Shown in pieces: positions 12,047 through 26,689 of a DNA stretch of 64,000 bases. A model generated the notes under the pieces. That model had not been told where the DNA came from, did no database searches, and saw only the letters and a program-made list of their open reading frames with translations. Both the position numbers and the translations under genes were made by a program. The first letter of the stretch is position 1; each line of letters starts with the position of its first letter. The DNA comes from Eledone cirrhosa (taxonomy: Eukaryota), in contig OZ024740.1 in the NCBI GenBank assembly GCA_964016885.1, positions 170,128,001-170,192,000 on the forward strand, read 5' to 3'.

Positions 12047-13708
12047 ACTCTCTCTTTTTAGTTGCTGCTGTCTAATTTATTCCGTCTTCAGGGGCTTATA
12101 TACCTAACTTGCTAGACTATTATTCAAAGTCAAAGCCGTTAAATTTAGGTTACCATAAATTCTCTATTCGTAACCAATTCGACAGTTCTAAAAATAGATT
12201 GTGAAATGCGTGCGGCCGAACACAAATAACCATGATAATAGTAGTTCCCTAAAAATCTGTCAAAGTACTTCTGTAGACGGAAAAAAAAGTGAACCTCTAA
12301 CCGATAGTTTTCAATCAAGAAGTACCTTCCTAGTGTTGGTGCAGCCTTCTCTCATTGCAACTTTCACATACTAAATGTTCCACAGCTCAAGAGAACAAGG
12401 ATACAAAGCGTGTTTGTGTCTGCCCGCAACTTCATTGATGCGCAAAACACTAAGCTAAAGCATTGTTTGTACTACGAAACCAATCGACAGTTGTAGTATA
12501 CCTATATTGAGAGAGGGAGGTAGAGGGGGGAGAGGGGGGGGGGGAGAGACCATTACTGACATATATATATGCACAAGTTCACAGGTTATAAAACGAAGAA
12601 AAATATGAATATTTTATACTAAAACAGAAAACGGAAAAAGTAAACATTTACTAGTTAGTAAGACGTATGGTGTTAAACATACTTACGTACACACCAAATA
12701 ACTTTATTGTATACATAAAAATGTTATTAGTCTCATGAATCTAATCTTGCTTTGAACAATGATGCCTCGCACTTCATTATTGCTTAGACTTTCACATGAA
12801 ACATTAAATTATTGGAGCATATATAAACACAATCACACACCAAAAAAATATTAGGTATAAATTTGGAAAATAGTAAAAGACATATATAAACGCTAGCTTA
12901 CATCAAAAGAAGATGAGACGAAAACCATTTTTGACCTACTAATTCTAGTAACTAACCTATCCACTGTGTAACTATTATTCATTATATAGGTCACATTTCA
13001 GATTTATTGAATTATTTTTTAGAAAATTCACATTCTTTCCGTGAACAACTGTTCATACTTTTTCGTTTACTAATACTTCCGTAATTTCTGGAAGATTAAT
13101 CTTCCCCCCCAGGAAGTCCAATAAAATTAAATACCACCAGATCTGTCGCTGAAAAAAGATTATACGCATTAATCATAGACTAATATAAATTGATCTGCAT
13201 TGCATATCTGAAGCTACATTAGTTCCTTAATATTTCATGCACTAAATATGCTAGCACATTATTAACTATAACCAAATCATTAAGGAACGGTGCACGTTTC
13301 CGTAATATTTAAATGTTCCACAATATTTCAAGATATTTAATTAATCATGTTTCAAATTTGGAATATAAACCCAATAATTAATATAGAGATAAAGTTTTTC
13401 GAAAATGCATTTAAACTCACTGAACCACACCCCTGTTACTTTAATATTCTAAACTAGAGAAATTAGGTGAAACCTTTATAAATTTTTGGAACATAAAACA
13501 AGTTAAAATGTTTATAAAGAAAAGAACTTCAAGTGGAGAAAATATTCACCCCGTTCAAAAAAGAAATTCAAATACACACGTGCAAGATAAAATTATTTCC
13601 TGTACATGCACCGGTACCATAAAACAACATTCTCCTTTTCTCTTTTTCTATCTGATTCTGTACATAAATATACATGTGCGTTCGTGACACACAAACACCT
13701 CACTCCTA

Positions 13709-13747
<39 letters not shown>

Positions 13748-13959
13748 TATTTTAAATCTAGATCTTGGAGTTATTTCCCTTTGTTATTATACGTTTTTCG
13801 TAAACTAGCGTTTTAACACGCATTACTTTTAACTCATATAAATGCATGAAGATTAGATCACAAATCTGATCCCTCTTACATTATGGGGATATGGTCAATA
13901 TTGGGCCTTGAAATTTGCGTGGCGCTTTTGTTCCGTGTATGTACCTAAATAAATAATGT

Positions 13960-14675
<716 letters not shown>

Positions 14676-16138
14676 AAAGAAGCTGAACCTTGGGAAAGAA
14701 ACCTGAATAAAAATTTTGGTTTGCAGCAATAAACATCGGCAAGTTGCCATCACATTTGTAGATGAAACCAGGTAGCAGGCATCCTAGAAACACTCCTTTT
14801 ATATGGGCATTGCTTACCTCAGAATACATCATTACTGTTGTATCTTTTGCAAGATGACCTAAATTATTCTATCATGGTAATTGGCCAAATTGTAAGTCCA
14901 CTCATTCTAACAATCAATATTATTTTGATTCCATGCCATAACGTTCATATTTAAAAGATTCTGTTCGCCACTAAAAAATGCGTTAAAGGAACAACAGCTA
15001 CAACAATAACAAATAAATATACTTAAGTTAAAATAGAATAATTGATACCGATTCAGGAAGATGACAGGTGAGATATGTTATATTTTTAATTACTAAATGT
15101 AAAGGTAATATAGCGCCTGTGAAACAAGTAAGACAGGATACGGTTTGAAGAATGCAACGTTTATATAAGTAATGGAAAGGGAATGAATACATGTATTTAT
15201 GTGATTTACCTGTATTATAAAAGTAATTATTTATCTTTTTACTCTCCTTGTGAGTGTATATGTATGTATGTGTGCGTGTGTCTGATGGTGTTTATATGTG
15301 TTTGTGTGCATGTGTGTAAATGGGAGGTTGTAACAAAGAGAGAGAGGGTCGGAGAGCAAATACAATTATATAATTTGGTATTACCCAATAACATGACTGG
15401 ACGTTTGGCGTTACTGTAATGCTGTTGGCATCTGCAAATGGGAAGTTTTTCTTTGGAACCGATAAATGTTAACCAATATGTAAACCTGTTTAATCAAAGG
15501 GTTATAAAAATAAAGTGTTTGTCATCATCACAACTCTTGTTATATATTTCTTATATATTTGTTTGCATATTTGTTGTTAATGAATATCAAGTTAATGATC
15601 AGCCAAGATGAATATCAAGTTAATGATCGCAATATATTTAGTGTATGGTGCCACCATTTTTGTTAATTTACATTTTATCTTTAACTGGAATTTTGTCTAC
15701 TCCAAATATACGCAAGGGTGATTCAGGATGACATTCATTTTAATATTGGAAAGATTAGTGTGTGTGTGTGTAATCGTACCGTTTCAGATATAGAAGCAGT
15801 ACTTCAGTGCAGGTTTTCCGAGAACTTTGGAAGAAAAAAGAAAATACACATGGCTTATAAATTATGAAATTGTTAAACACATAAGTTGACGAAATAACAA
15901 TACCAAGAAGTGATTCAATTAATGTATGGTACTGCAATATGACGCCAGTCACTGTCCTACCCAATGCTACCTGGGGTTAAACAGATGCAGAGTATACCGC
16001 TACGGATTTCGGTGGTGAGGTGGCAAAAAATGAACAAATTCGTCAAGGTAATCAACAATAGTTTAATATCATCAGTGACTTAACGAGCATGAAATCATCA
16101 AATAAGGGCATCAAAGTTATTGATATATCCCTTGAAAT

Positions 16139-16615
16139 AATTATGGTCATCAACAGAAATTAATACGGCTATTATTAAAAAAATGATAATCGTGTCAGTT
16201 GGTAAAAAGATCAAAGAAACTGTCGATTACCCAAACCAGCGCCAGTTAACCCAAAAGCCGGATGTTAGTAAAAATTACGTAAAAACGTATATATTCCCAC
16301 AGTCAGTTGTAAAACCCGGAACTGGCTTTGAATCTTCGGTGGAGATTGTCCAGTAGAACAACACAAGAGAAAAAGAAATATTTTGTCCGTATACCCCATG
16401 CTGTAATCCAGCAGTTCCCCCTCACGTGTCTGTCGCCACAATAGAAATAGTATTAATTCTGGGGTTGAAACTAGGCTGAGAAAAGAGAAGTAATTCATTT
16501 ATTTCGTTGTGGAAGATTCTCTATTCGGTATTTGAATTCACTACGGATTTCGTACAGAAACACGATTATCATTTTTTTAATAATAGCCGTATTAATTTCT
16601 GTTGATGACCATAAT
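16139..16615. repeat. ~57-bp inverted arms enclosing ~360 bp; likely a 5'-inverted PLE remnant
   Basis: attatggtcatcaacagaaattaatacggctattattaaaaaaatgataatcgtgt at ~16140 and its reverse complement at ~16560-16615. Confidence 0.75.
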
Positions 16616-17109
16616 CTTCAACCTTATCAGCTCTCAAACAAGCAAAATTGTTTCGCACGATTTAACTGAGAGTACCATTTTAAAGTGCGACAGAAAAATA
16701 AATCTTTCCGCTGATATGATGTGTGTGAGATAAAACAAACATAACAAGTACAAGGAGGAAATTTAACCAAAGAAAAATGAAAATAAGGGGATAGTGGACC
16801 TCAAGCTGCAGTAAACTGGTCTTGTGCATCGCCTTCCTTTATTTCAATCACTTCTATGCGCCAAGACACTTCTTCTTTGTCCTCCTTCTCTTTCAATATT
16901 TTCTATATTTCATCTGCCTGTCACCCAATTGTGGATTGTCACCTTGTTGACCACTGTCCTCTTGTCTCTGTCCTCTGAGGCATTTTTGCCCAAGTAACTA
17001 AATGACAGCATTTAGTTGCTTTGACGGGTGTTCTAGCGATGAATTTTCTCATCTTTATGTATATTCAACTACACTCTCGCTTTGTCTCGATTAGAGACAA
17101 CATTGTTTG

Positions 17110-17212
<103 letters not shown>

Positions 17213-17332
17213 CGTGTGTGTGTGGGGGGTGGGGGTAGTATAGTAAATTACTGGTGTTGGTACCAAATCAAGTATTCTATCCACATGCAGTGTATAACGC
17301 GCGTAACAAGTCGATACACCATAAATAATATT

Positions 17333-17406
<74 letters not shown>

Positions 17407-18013
17407 ATCTTTGAATGTATGTATGCATACATGTATATGTGAGTATATGTGATTGTGCTGTTGGGATCTGAGGAAGAGAGGTTTAACATATCATGTCTAA
17501 TTAAACTGTGATGATGTGTGGATATGTGAATTTGTAAAACGTATCTTCAAAATAATTAATGTAGCTCTTCAGTTGTCTGAGTTATAATACCTCAAGTCAA
17601 AAATATGTTAAATGAGTCTGTGGGGAATTTGTTTGTTTTTCGAGAAATGCCACTATTAATATTCTTATAGAAAGTAACCAACAGACTGACAGAATTTATT
17701 GAAGCTCACAATTACTGAATACATTGGTCGTTGTAGTTCGGCTATTTCCCGGGGTTTAGGTTTTCAGTGTAGATTCACTTCCTCAAGGAATCTGCAATTT
17801 AGCATATTTCTTCAACCCGTTTGGTTTTATTTAATATCTTTCCTGCATAATTATAACGGAAATATATTCTACTTTTTAAAATATATGCTAAGATCTGAAA
17901 ACAAATCAGGATGAACCATGAATTTAAAACTTATCCAAAGCATTTCTTCAATGTTTATAGTACTTTTATAACAACAATTCTCTCCCTCCTCATCCTCATC
18001 CTCATTCTCCTCC

Positions 18014-18082
<69 letters not shown>

Positions 18083-18894
18083 GGACCTAAACATAATAAT
18101 CCTAATCATGGTAATTTTCATGATTACTATCACCATCCCCAAACTAAAATTGTTTTTTGTAGTTGTTTTTTTTTCTTTCATATTTCATTTATTTCCCTAT
18201 TCACTAACCCGAATACAGACATAGATAGAGCAATATGAAATAGATTTGATCAAAACAAGTGACTGGGAAGGAGTTGAGATCCACGATATATGAATTGATC
18301 AAGATCTCTATAGAGTGCCAAATAGTTGTTTTTCACGCAATGTACAAAGAGAATACATTCTAGGAAACTTTATTTTATTTCAACGTACTCTCCACACTTA
18401 CATTTTATTCCCGATTTTATGACGAAGGAATCAAAGATAATTAATATTCAATGTGTGCGAAAACAAAACGTTATCATAAACATTGAAGATGTAAATTAGT
18501 TTCCTTGATTCATATAACATTCACACCCTTGGTTGACTTTTGTATAATTGTGGAAGTCCCCAGAAGTTTGTAGATATATTGAATGCTCTTCATAAATAAA
18601 TGAAAGTTTACACTCTCTAAGCCTTTTGCAGTAGAAGCTGGAAGAGAGATCATGATGCATAGTATCCAACATGTTGCTTTGTTGAACTACTAAATTAACA
18701 AGTCTCTCTAAATATATTAGAATAATAGAACGTGTAATTTGAACTTAAATTTATGCCATGATAATAAATATAATATTATTTCTTTTATTCTTAAGACCAT
18801 GGCATATGAGTTTGACTAACTTATTTTAGTCTGTCTGACTTATAGTCCCCTAAATAGATATGTTGGCATTAGATTGATGATATATATATATATA

Positions 18895-20994
18895 TATTAA
18901 TTAATTAAAATAACAGATTAAAGTTTAAGCAAAGAATCGCTGCTTTCACCCTTAACGGGATCTTCTGAAACTAAAAAAAATCAATCTGTGAACGCAGGAG
19001 TAAATATTTCGAAAAACGTGGCAACCGAAGGAAAACAGGAAGACGATACTTTAGTTCGTGAAGACGTTCCCTGGCAATGAAAGGAGAAAAACGAAGATAA
19101 TACGTCGTTATGTGGATCGGTGAGAACAACTACACGCAAACACAAAACCACGTTTATGGTATAAATGAAGTCATAGACTAATATTCTATTTAAGAAACCG
19201 AATGATACTCGGCTTCAGAGTTAAGAATAATGTAAATAAATTAGTAGAACGAAAATGACAGACGTTACTAAAATCAATAATAATTAAATATATACGCAAC
19301 TATATACGAACATACACGTGGATACGCGAGAACACCCGCCATACATAAACCCGCGCGACACATGTACGAACGTATACACCGCCATACATAAACCCGCGCG
19401 ACACATGTACGAACGTATACACCAAAAACACATTAAAAAAATATATATATATGTGTGTGTTTGTAAATATACACACATAAATACCTATATAACGCACACA
19501 CACACACATACCTACAGGTAAATACACATATGTTCACCAAAGTACGTGAACCAAAACTCAATGTACACATATACACACCTTACATATGTGCAAACACGCA
19601 TACACGCATACACACACAAACAAGAAATACACATAACCATATACCAGTATATATAATATAATATATACACCTATAACAAATACAAGCATATATACGTAAG
19701 AGAAAGTACGCGTACCTTCACAAAACATACAGGTAAGATATACTTACCAATACAAATAAGTAATGGTATAAACAAAATATACTTAGCTACCACATCAAGA
19801 CGTAAATTATCTGCGTATTGTACTATCCGGTAGGGTAAATGTGGGACTGTAATACTGGAAAGTTTTATGCAATTTGTGTTTACAAGCCGAAATTGCCTCA
19901 GATTTTTTGTTTAAGATGTGGTACTTGGCGTTGAATTTTTCCAGGGCTTCAGCGGCGCAAAGATCACATGGTCTTTTATTTCCGTTATACGATCTAGCCT
20001 CAGCTAGGCTCTCCCAGTGTAACTTATATTGGGTGTAGTTGTCTTTTAGACTCCAGATATAAGCTGAAAGTGACGTCATATTCCTTCTTAAAAGGTTAAG
20101 AAAAGAATGGGTGTGCATGGAAAGACGCTGCTTGAATCTAATGGCGGTTAACCATATGTAGGCCCTACGGGACGTGGGGGTTTCGACCTTACATTTGTAG
20201 ACAATGTTACTGGAGAGGCATTTCCGGGATAGAGTGCAGTCCACCCGATTCCTACAACTACAGTTAGTACTAGCTACAGGGTTGCACGTGTTACTACGGC
20301 TAGGCAATTCAGCTAAATTTGAAGCAGTAATGTTATGTGCAAGGTTAGGAGTGGTAGAGTAAGATATTTTAATGGTATTTCTATTAAAAATGTTATTATA
20401 TTTATGTGCTGAGGGGAAATGTTTCTTAATTAGGTAGAGAAAGATCTTAGCTAATGGTGTGGTCACCTCCATATTATATGGTGGGTTATACCATATAATA
20501 CGTCGGGATCTATTTTTCCTTTGTCTATGCTCATACTTAGTAAATGCTACCTTATCGATAAATCCACTCCGAGCAAGAGCTTCATTGTAATATGTGGAAT
20601 GGTCGGTGAAAATATGCTCGTTTGTAGATAGACGGGAAAGCCTCAAAGAAACGTTTCTTACCAGGTTCTTGGTTATGCTGGCAGGATGGTTAGAATGCTT
20701 ACTTGTGTAATTAAGCGTATCGTTCGGCTTTCTATAAGGGCAGTGCAAGCCATTCGACAAATTAAGGGTAACATCGAGGTAATTAACGACCGAGAGGTTT
20801 GCCTCAACCTGTATGAAGAGGTTGAAGCCTTTAAAGAAGGCTGTGCGTTCTTTTCTGAACCTGTCGCAAGCGTGTGGACCGCACTTTATCATGGTCAAAA
20901 GAGCGTTATCACAGTACAAACCACCGCCCACATTGTAGAATTCTTCCTTGATAGAGAAAAGAAGGAAAAGGCCGATAAGATTTGTAACCTCTGC

Positions 20995-20998
<4 letters not shown>
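18895..20998 (-). mobile_element. 5'-truncated Naiad-like Penelope-like element (RT C-terminus, GIY-YIG, 3' UTR and pLTR)
   Basis: ORF described below; the 3' terminal ~390 bp recurs at 41230-41510 and partly at 41877-41958 and 21310-21450; TA tracts on both sides. Confidence 0.85.
19807..20997 (-). pseudogene. PLE RT-thumb plus GIY-YIG with mutated catalytic motifs
   Basis: SAEVTNLIGL...GLYCDN (for YRDD), NYLDVTLNL, PYRKPND, SNHP, IIWYNPPY, IFNRNTIKISYS, CSCRNRVDC, NIVYKC...YIWLT..FKQR...H. Confidence 0.88.
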
Positions 20999-21039
<41 letters not shown>

Positions 21040-21051
<12 letters not shown>

Positions 21052-21450
21052 TATGTATTTGGTGTATACATTTGTATGTGTGCGGGTTTATGTATGTGCG
21101 CGGGTTTGTGTATTTGTGCGCGTGTTTATGTGTACGTGCATGTGTACGTGCATGGATGGCGGATGTTTTCGCGTATGCACGTCCCTTTACGATCTGAGTT
21201 CAAATCCCGCCGAGGTTAACTTTGCCTTTAATCCTTACGGGGTCGATAAAATAAAGTACCAGTAATACCCTGGAATTATTGCTGGCCTTGTGCCAAAAGT
21301 AGAAACAATTATTCTTAATTCTGAAGCGGAGAATCATTTGGTTTCCTAAATAGAATAATAGTCTACGACTCCATTTATACCATAAACGTGGTTTTGTCTT
21401 TGCATGTAATTGTTCTCACCGCTCCACATAACGTAACGGTGTATTATCTT
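21040..21450 (+). mobile_element. Inverted partial copy of the Naiad-like 3' UTR, interrupted by a truncated SINE (~21190-21312)
   Basis: Diverged reverse complement of 19093-19440; SINE B box GAGTTCAAATCC at ~21196. Confidence 0.75.
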
Positions 21451-22026
21451 ATATATATATATATTTATTTATTTATTTATTTATTTATTTACTCCTGGAT
21501 TAAGTTCAAATTTAAGTTAAAATACCCCTTCTGGGTGTTTCCCTTGAGAAAGCAAGTGAATTATTACCTTTTTCGCGCCTCTTTGATTTTCTTCCATAGT
21601 TAAGTAGTGAATAACTACACAATCTAATGGGTCCTTTCCTTATCTAAGATGATTTGTGGGAGACTTCGTTGTTATTTGAATCAATTTAAACGACTACTTG
21701 TAGGTTTCACTGCTGAATTTGTTAAAACACATTTTGCAGTAATAATCGTTAGTAATAATCGTCATTGTTGGCTTGAAATATTTCACTGTTGTTGTTCTTG
21801 TTGTAGATGGTGTAATTGTTGTTTATTTAGTTTTTGTTTCTATGTTTATTTTCAGCTTCAGCTCAGACCTGTTTTAACAGGATTATAAACAAAAGGTCTT
21901 CCAGGCGTGTCCAACTCGTTTGTTTATATATATTATCCAGTGTATCCGTCTTTTTTTTTCTAAAATATGTTGAGATTTAAGCGAACTTTGATTGCTGTTT
22001 CTAGAGGTTTTCGAGATCGTCTAGAG

Positions 22027-22658
22027 CAGCTTGTCCTAACATGGCGTCCGCCAAGTTAATACAGTAGGTCCGTCAACGAAATTAAACATTTCAAATATTT
22101 TGATTTAAAAACATTCTAAACACATGCAGTAGGGTATCCATTCTTCTCTAAGCATAAACATTTCTCCTTTTTATTGTTATTTTCTATAGGTAGCGAATTG
22201 GCAGAGTCTCAAGAGTACCGGACAGAATATTCTGTGCTGTTTTCTTTTTCGCTCTCTGTGCTCAAATCTTAAGTTCAAATCTTGCCCACGTCAAATTTGC
22301 CTTTCAGCCACTCGAGGTCAATAAAATAAAGTACTCGTCAATGGTAGTGGATTGACGAAATTGTTAGAGTGCTGAATAAGATGGCTCTCATTATTTTTTC
22401 CATCATTTTACCTTCTGAATTAAAATTCAGTCTAAGAATACAAATCTCACAAATGATCAAAATTATGAAAACTGCAATTGGTTTAAAGAATTGTGGTTGT
22501 TTGTAATTGTAGACAAGCAATAGTGAGGGTTCTCACCGTATAACAATCCGGGAAATGTGTGGGATGGCGTGGATGGGTTGGGAATCGAATTTGGGGTTCG
22601 TAGTATACGTCATTTTAGTAGAAGGGAACCTTGGTTTTGAAAAGGGTGGTAACCTCAG
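22027..22658. mobile_element. Decayed hAT/Charlie-like MITE with SINE fragments inside (~22190-22420)
   Basis: Near-identical 8-bp flanks gtctagag (22019) and gtctagaa (22659); termini cagcttgtcctaac and ggtggtaacctcag. Confidence 0.4.
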
Positions 22659-23339
22659 GTCTAGAAGCATCCTTACTGGCTAGTGATAGTGTTGGTAGTT
22701 GATCCAATAGGTATTCTCCACCCCTATAACTCAGCCTCATATCAATGTGAAGAATCTTTCTATTTAACATTTGAGATTCATGTAGTTTTAAACATAGAAT
22801 GTGACGTCGCTCTTGCTTCTGTTTTCGTCGTCATATTTTTATTTTTGTAAAAGTGTTCCTTTTTTATTATATAGAACTAAAACATTTCATTAAACTTCAT
22901 GTAGGAAAAAATAGAATGATAACTAAACTTCCTAAAAAAAATCTTTTAAATACATACAAATCTTTAAAGATACAATAAATGAAATAGAACAAAAAATAAC
23001 AAATTTCAAAGTCTAATATATGTGCATAAAAAATAAATAATCACATATGCAAACTAGAATTTTAAAAGGTTAGCAATAAAAATATGAACAAATAGAGAGG
23101 ATAAAAGTAAAATACAAAATCAAACTAGCACCCAAGGTATACACCGATATGACATAAATTTAAAGGAAAATATTTAAACTAAAAAAATACATTTCAATCA
23201 TCATAACCACAACAACAATAGCAACAATAATGTAAATCAAAACAACTTCAAAATATCGAATTTACATAGAAAGGAAAAAAGAAAGGGAAAAACGTCAACT
23301 AAATAAATTAAAACATAAACGATATATAAAGCAACCAAC

Positions 23340-24060
23340 AATGCAACCAATATTACCAGCATCACTGTCGTTCCCATCACATTACATATATTGCCAGCAC
23401 TACCACAACAACACTACCATGAATAATAACAACACCATCGTCAACAATAACAACAGCAGAATCACAACCATTAAAATAAAATAAAAACATTATCAACGTT
23501 TCCTCCATCACGATCACTACATCACTGATACCACCATAACAACGTTAGTGCTACCACCGCATCCACCATTACCATCAATACAACTACATACAACAATATC
23601 ACCACCATGAAACAATACTTCCACCACCACAATATTGTCACCAATATTAACACCACTAGCATCACCACAACCAACACCACCAACCCCACCACAACCACAA
23701 TCACAACCACAACTACCACCACCACCGCTACCACCATCACCACTATCACCCCACAACCACAGCCACCACTACTACCACCAACACCACCACTAACACCACC
23801 ACTACTACCACCGCCCCCACTACTACCACCAGCACCACCACTAACACCACCACCACTACCATCACCATCACCACCTCTACCAACACCACCACCACCATCG
23901 CCACAACCACCAGCACAACCACCACTAACACCACCCACCCTCAACCACCACCCCACCACCACTACTCCGACAATCAATACCATCCCCGCCATCACAAACA
24001 ATCAACTAACAAAGAACAACAATAAACGACTACAAAAGCAACACCATCCTAATATCTTGT
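23340..24060. repeat. Degenerate (ACC/ACA)n trinucleotide low-complexity tract
   Basis: Read directly; explains the spurious Pro/Thr/Gly/Val ORFs. Confidence 0.9.
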
Positions 24061-24539
24061 AAACAAATACTTGTGAAAATGTAAATGTAGGAGCAATCGT
24101 ATGAAGCGCGATGATGATGACAGATTTTTATTACATTAGCCTGCATATTTTAGTATAGAGTTAGTAACAGATCGAAACCTAACAGACCTAATAACAGACC
24201 TGAGTGCATGTAATTACTATTGATTTTCTTTTTTTAATCACTTCAATTATTGATAAATCGATAGTTTGAGATAGAATTGCATCAAGATAGAATGGCATCA
24301 AATAGTGGATTAGCTATATTCATGTTTGGCTCAAATATACGTTATTTCGCTTAATAAATTTCAAGTGAGTTAACAGTGTTTTGTTTTTATATGAAAATAT
24401 ACTACAGAATATATGCCGTGATGTTTAAGCCTACACTGTATGTATAGTCAGACGTAAAAATCTTGCCTCTATATGAAATCGTATCTAATTTTAGCGCAAT
24501 TTCAGAACGTTTGGGGAAGGTGTATATAAATAAGATCAA

Positions 24540-24665
24540 CCCCAGTACTTGAAAGTACTTTATTCTATCGACGCCGATGGAAGTTGAATTTGACCTCGGA
24601 AGCATCTAAACTCAAAACGTAAAATATCAGAACAATACCCCAACGGTTCTGCCAATCCATCAGCC
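24540..24665 (-). mobile_element. Diverged tRNA-SINE copy
   Basis: gtactttattctatcgacgcc...gacctcgg...aactcaaaacgtaaa...ctgccaatcca. Confidence 0.7.
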
Positions 24666-26689
24666 TAGTATGTATATAAAATAAGTTTATAAACAGATAA
24701 AACAAATTAGCTGAACTAGGTTCAATTCGATGCTTTTATGTCATTAGAGACTGAATATTCGCTTCAACCAAATACGAAGAAACTGATCATAAAACACTAT
24801 TAATCTCCAGCTTACCAATGACAACGATAATGAATTGTACGTATCATTCTGTTGGCCCAGATTAATTGATATGTTGCTGTTGTTTTAGGAGAGTCTGATC
24901 TAAGGGTACAACAAACTTCGTAAACCTGTACGGTTAATCGATGTCCCTTGGTGTAAAGGTAGTTCCTTCAACTTAGTGGTCTATAATACACCGTCTATTA
25001 GTATCCGTAAAAATATCCCGTTCAGAAGTTTCAAAAGACGATTGGAAGATCACTTTAGAATTCGTAAAATATGTGGAAGAAATGGCATATGCGGTATGTG
25101 TGGAATGTGTGGCATATGTTGTATCTGAGAAAACTGTAATATGTAGAATACGTGGAATGTGTGGATGTTAGTAGGCTGAAATTTTATATGATGACTTCCT
25201 TCTTCACGTTTTTCCTCAGAGGTACATCCATTCCATGTTCACACAACATACAATGATTCCAGTTTGGTGACAGTTGCTAGAGGTGTCTGCTAAGAAAATA
25301 GCGAAATATTTAGCATAAAAAGTCAACTTGCAAACAAATAATAACTTTCCTTTCCTCAAAATATTTGGAAGATCAGATGTATGTATCTCGATCCATTGCT
25401 CCCGACAGCTTATCCATGCAGCCGAAACATGCGGCACATACGCAAGTACATATATATTGAAAAGCATTAGGAAAGTTTGAAAATTGAAGTGTCTGCTTTC
25501 ATCAGTAAATTACTATAATAATAGTCGATCATTGTAAATAGTAATTGAGAAAATCGGGTAAAGTACACTTGGTGACGGAAAAAGTTTTTAAATACATATT
25601 AGTGCGTATCAATCTGAACATATGTGTCATAATGAAAGCAAGCAGACATGTAAATGTCTATGTTTGTGTAGACGCATATCTTTCTATGCCTGTTTACATT
25701 TACTAGTCATATTATTCCAAGTCTTTGGACACACACATACACACACATATGCACACGCGCGCGCACACACATACACATATACGTGTGTGTGTGTGTGTGT
25801 GTTGTGTGTATGTATGTATGTATGTGTATACATATTAGTACTTACACAAATATACAAATAGATGTTCACACATGTAATATTCGGGAAAATTAATTTTCTT
25901 CAATCAGGACGCGTTATACTTGCAGTAATTTTCACAAGGTTTGGTAACTCTGTTATTATTTTGACAGTAAAGTCTAAACCGGAAATTAGCTGTAGCAAAT
26001 CGGCAACAGTAAGGCAGTGATAAAAAAAATAGCTACCGGAAATGAATGTCCATAGTTTGCTGCTGTTAAACCTATTGTTAGACCAGTTTCTACTGTTTCT
26101 TTCTAAGTTATGGTTTTACTGTATGCTTTTTTTGTTTATTTTTTTTTTTTGCTTGTTTCCTTTTCCCTCCGTTCATTATATTATTTTGTAACAGAATTAT
26201 TTTTTTAAATTTTGACAACGAAAATAATCAATATTAGTTATATCGTAACGTTGTCAGATAAACCCAGATTAATACCTGAAAAAAGATAGAAGTAAATGTG
26301 TGATATAAATTTATAAATTGGTGATATATGAGGATGGATGTGTGTATATATGCTTGTGTACGCCTCCATGTGCAATTTCTTCGAATATTGTACCGTCATT
26401 AAATGAATCGTGGGAGCTTTTCATAACAAAAGCAAATATATTAAAATGTTCAAACTTGCCCAACTTCAATTTATCGATCCATATACACAGGTGTGGAGTG
26501 AGATAAATACACAAAATCTATGACTCAGAATTTGTTACCGTTGATCTATTTTCTCCACAGACTTCAGGCTTTACGACGAATTTATATTGAATCGATCTAC
26601 AGCCTCGATATGTTTAAATATCTAGTACTATCTAAATGAAGAGATGATCATCGTAAAATTTAGAAATTTCAACATGCAGCGATATCAGA

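Noticed and set aside
12060-12500. Unique-looking sequence as a possible first exon or promoter
   Set aside because: Only very short ORFs and weak splice signals; not supportable.
15995-16080. Minus-strand CTGATGA and GAAA-TCCG-TA as an HHR
   Set aside because: No convincing stem I or stem II joins the two halves.
23517-24062. Pro/Thr-rich and Gly/Val-rich ORFs resembling extensin or mucin
   Set aside because: Degenerate trinucleotide repeat that is open on both strands; no splice or domain context.
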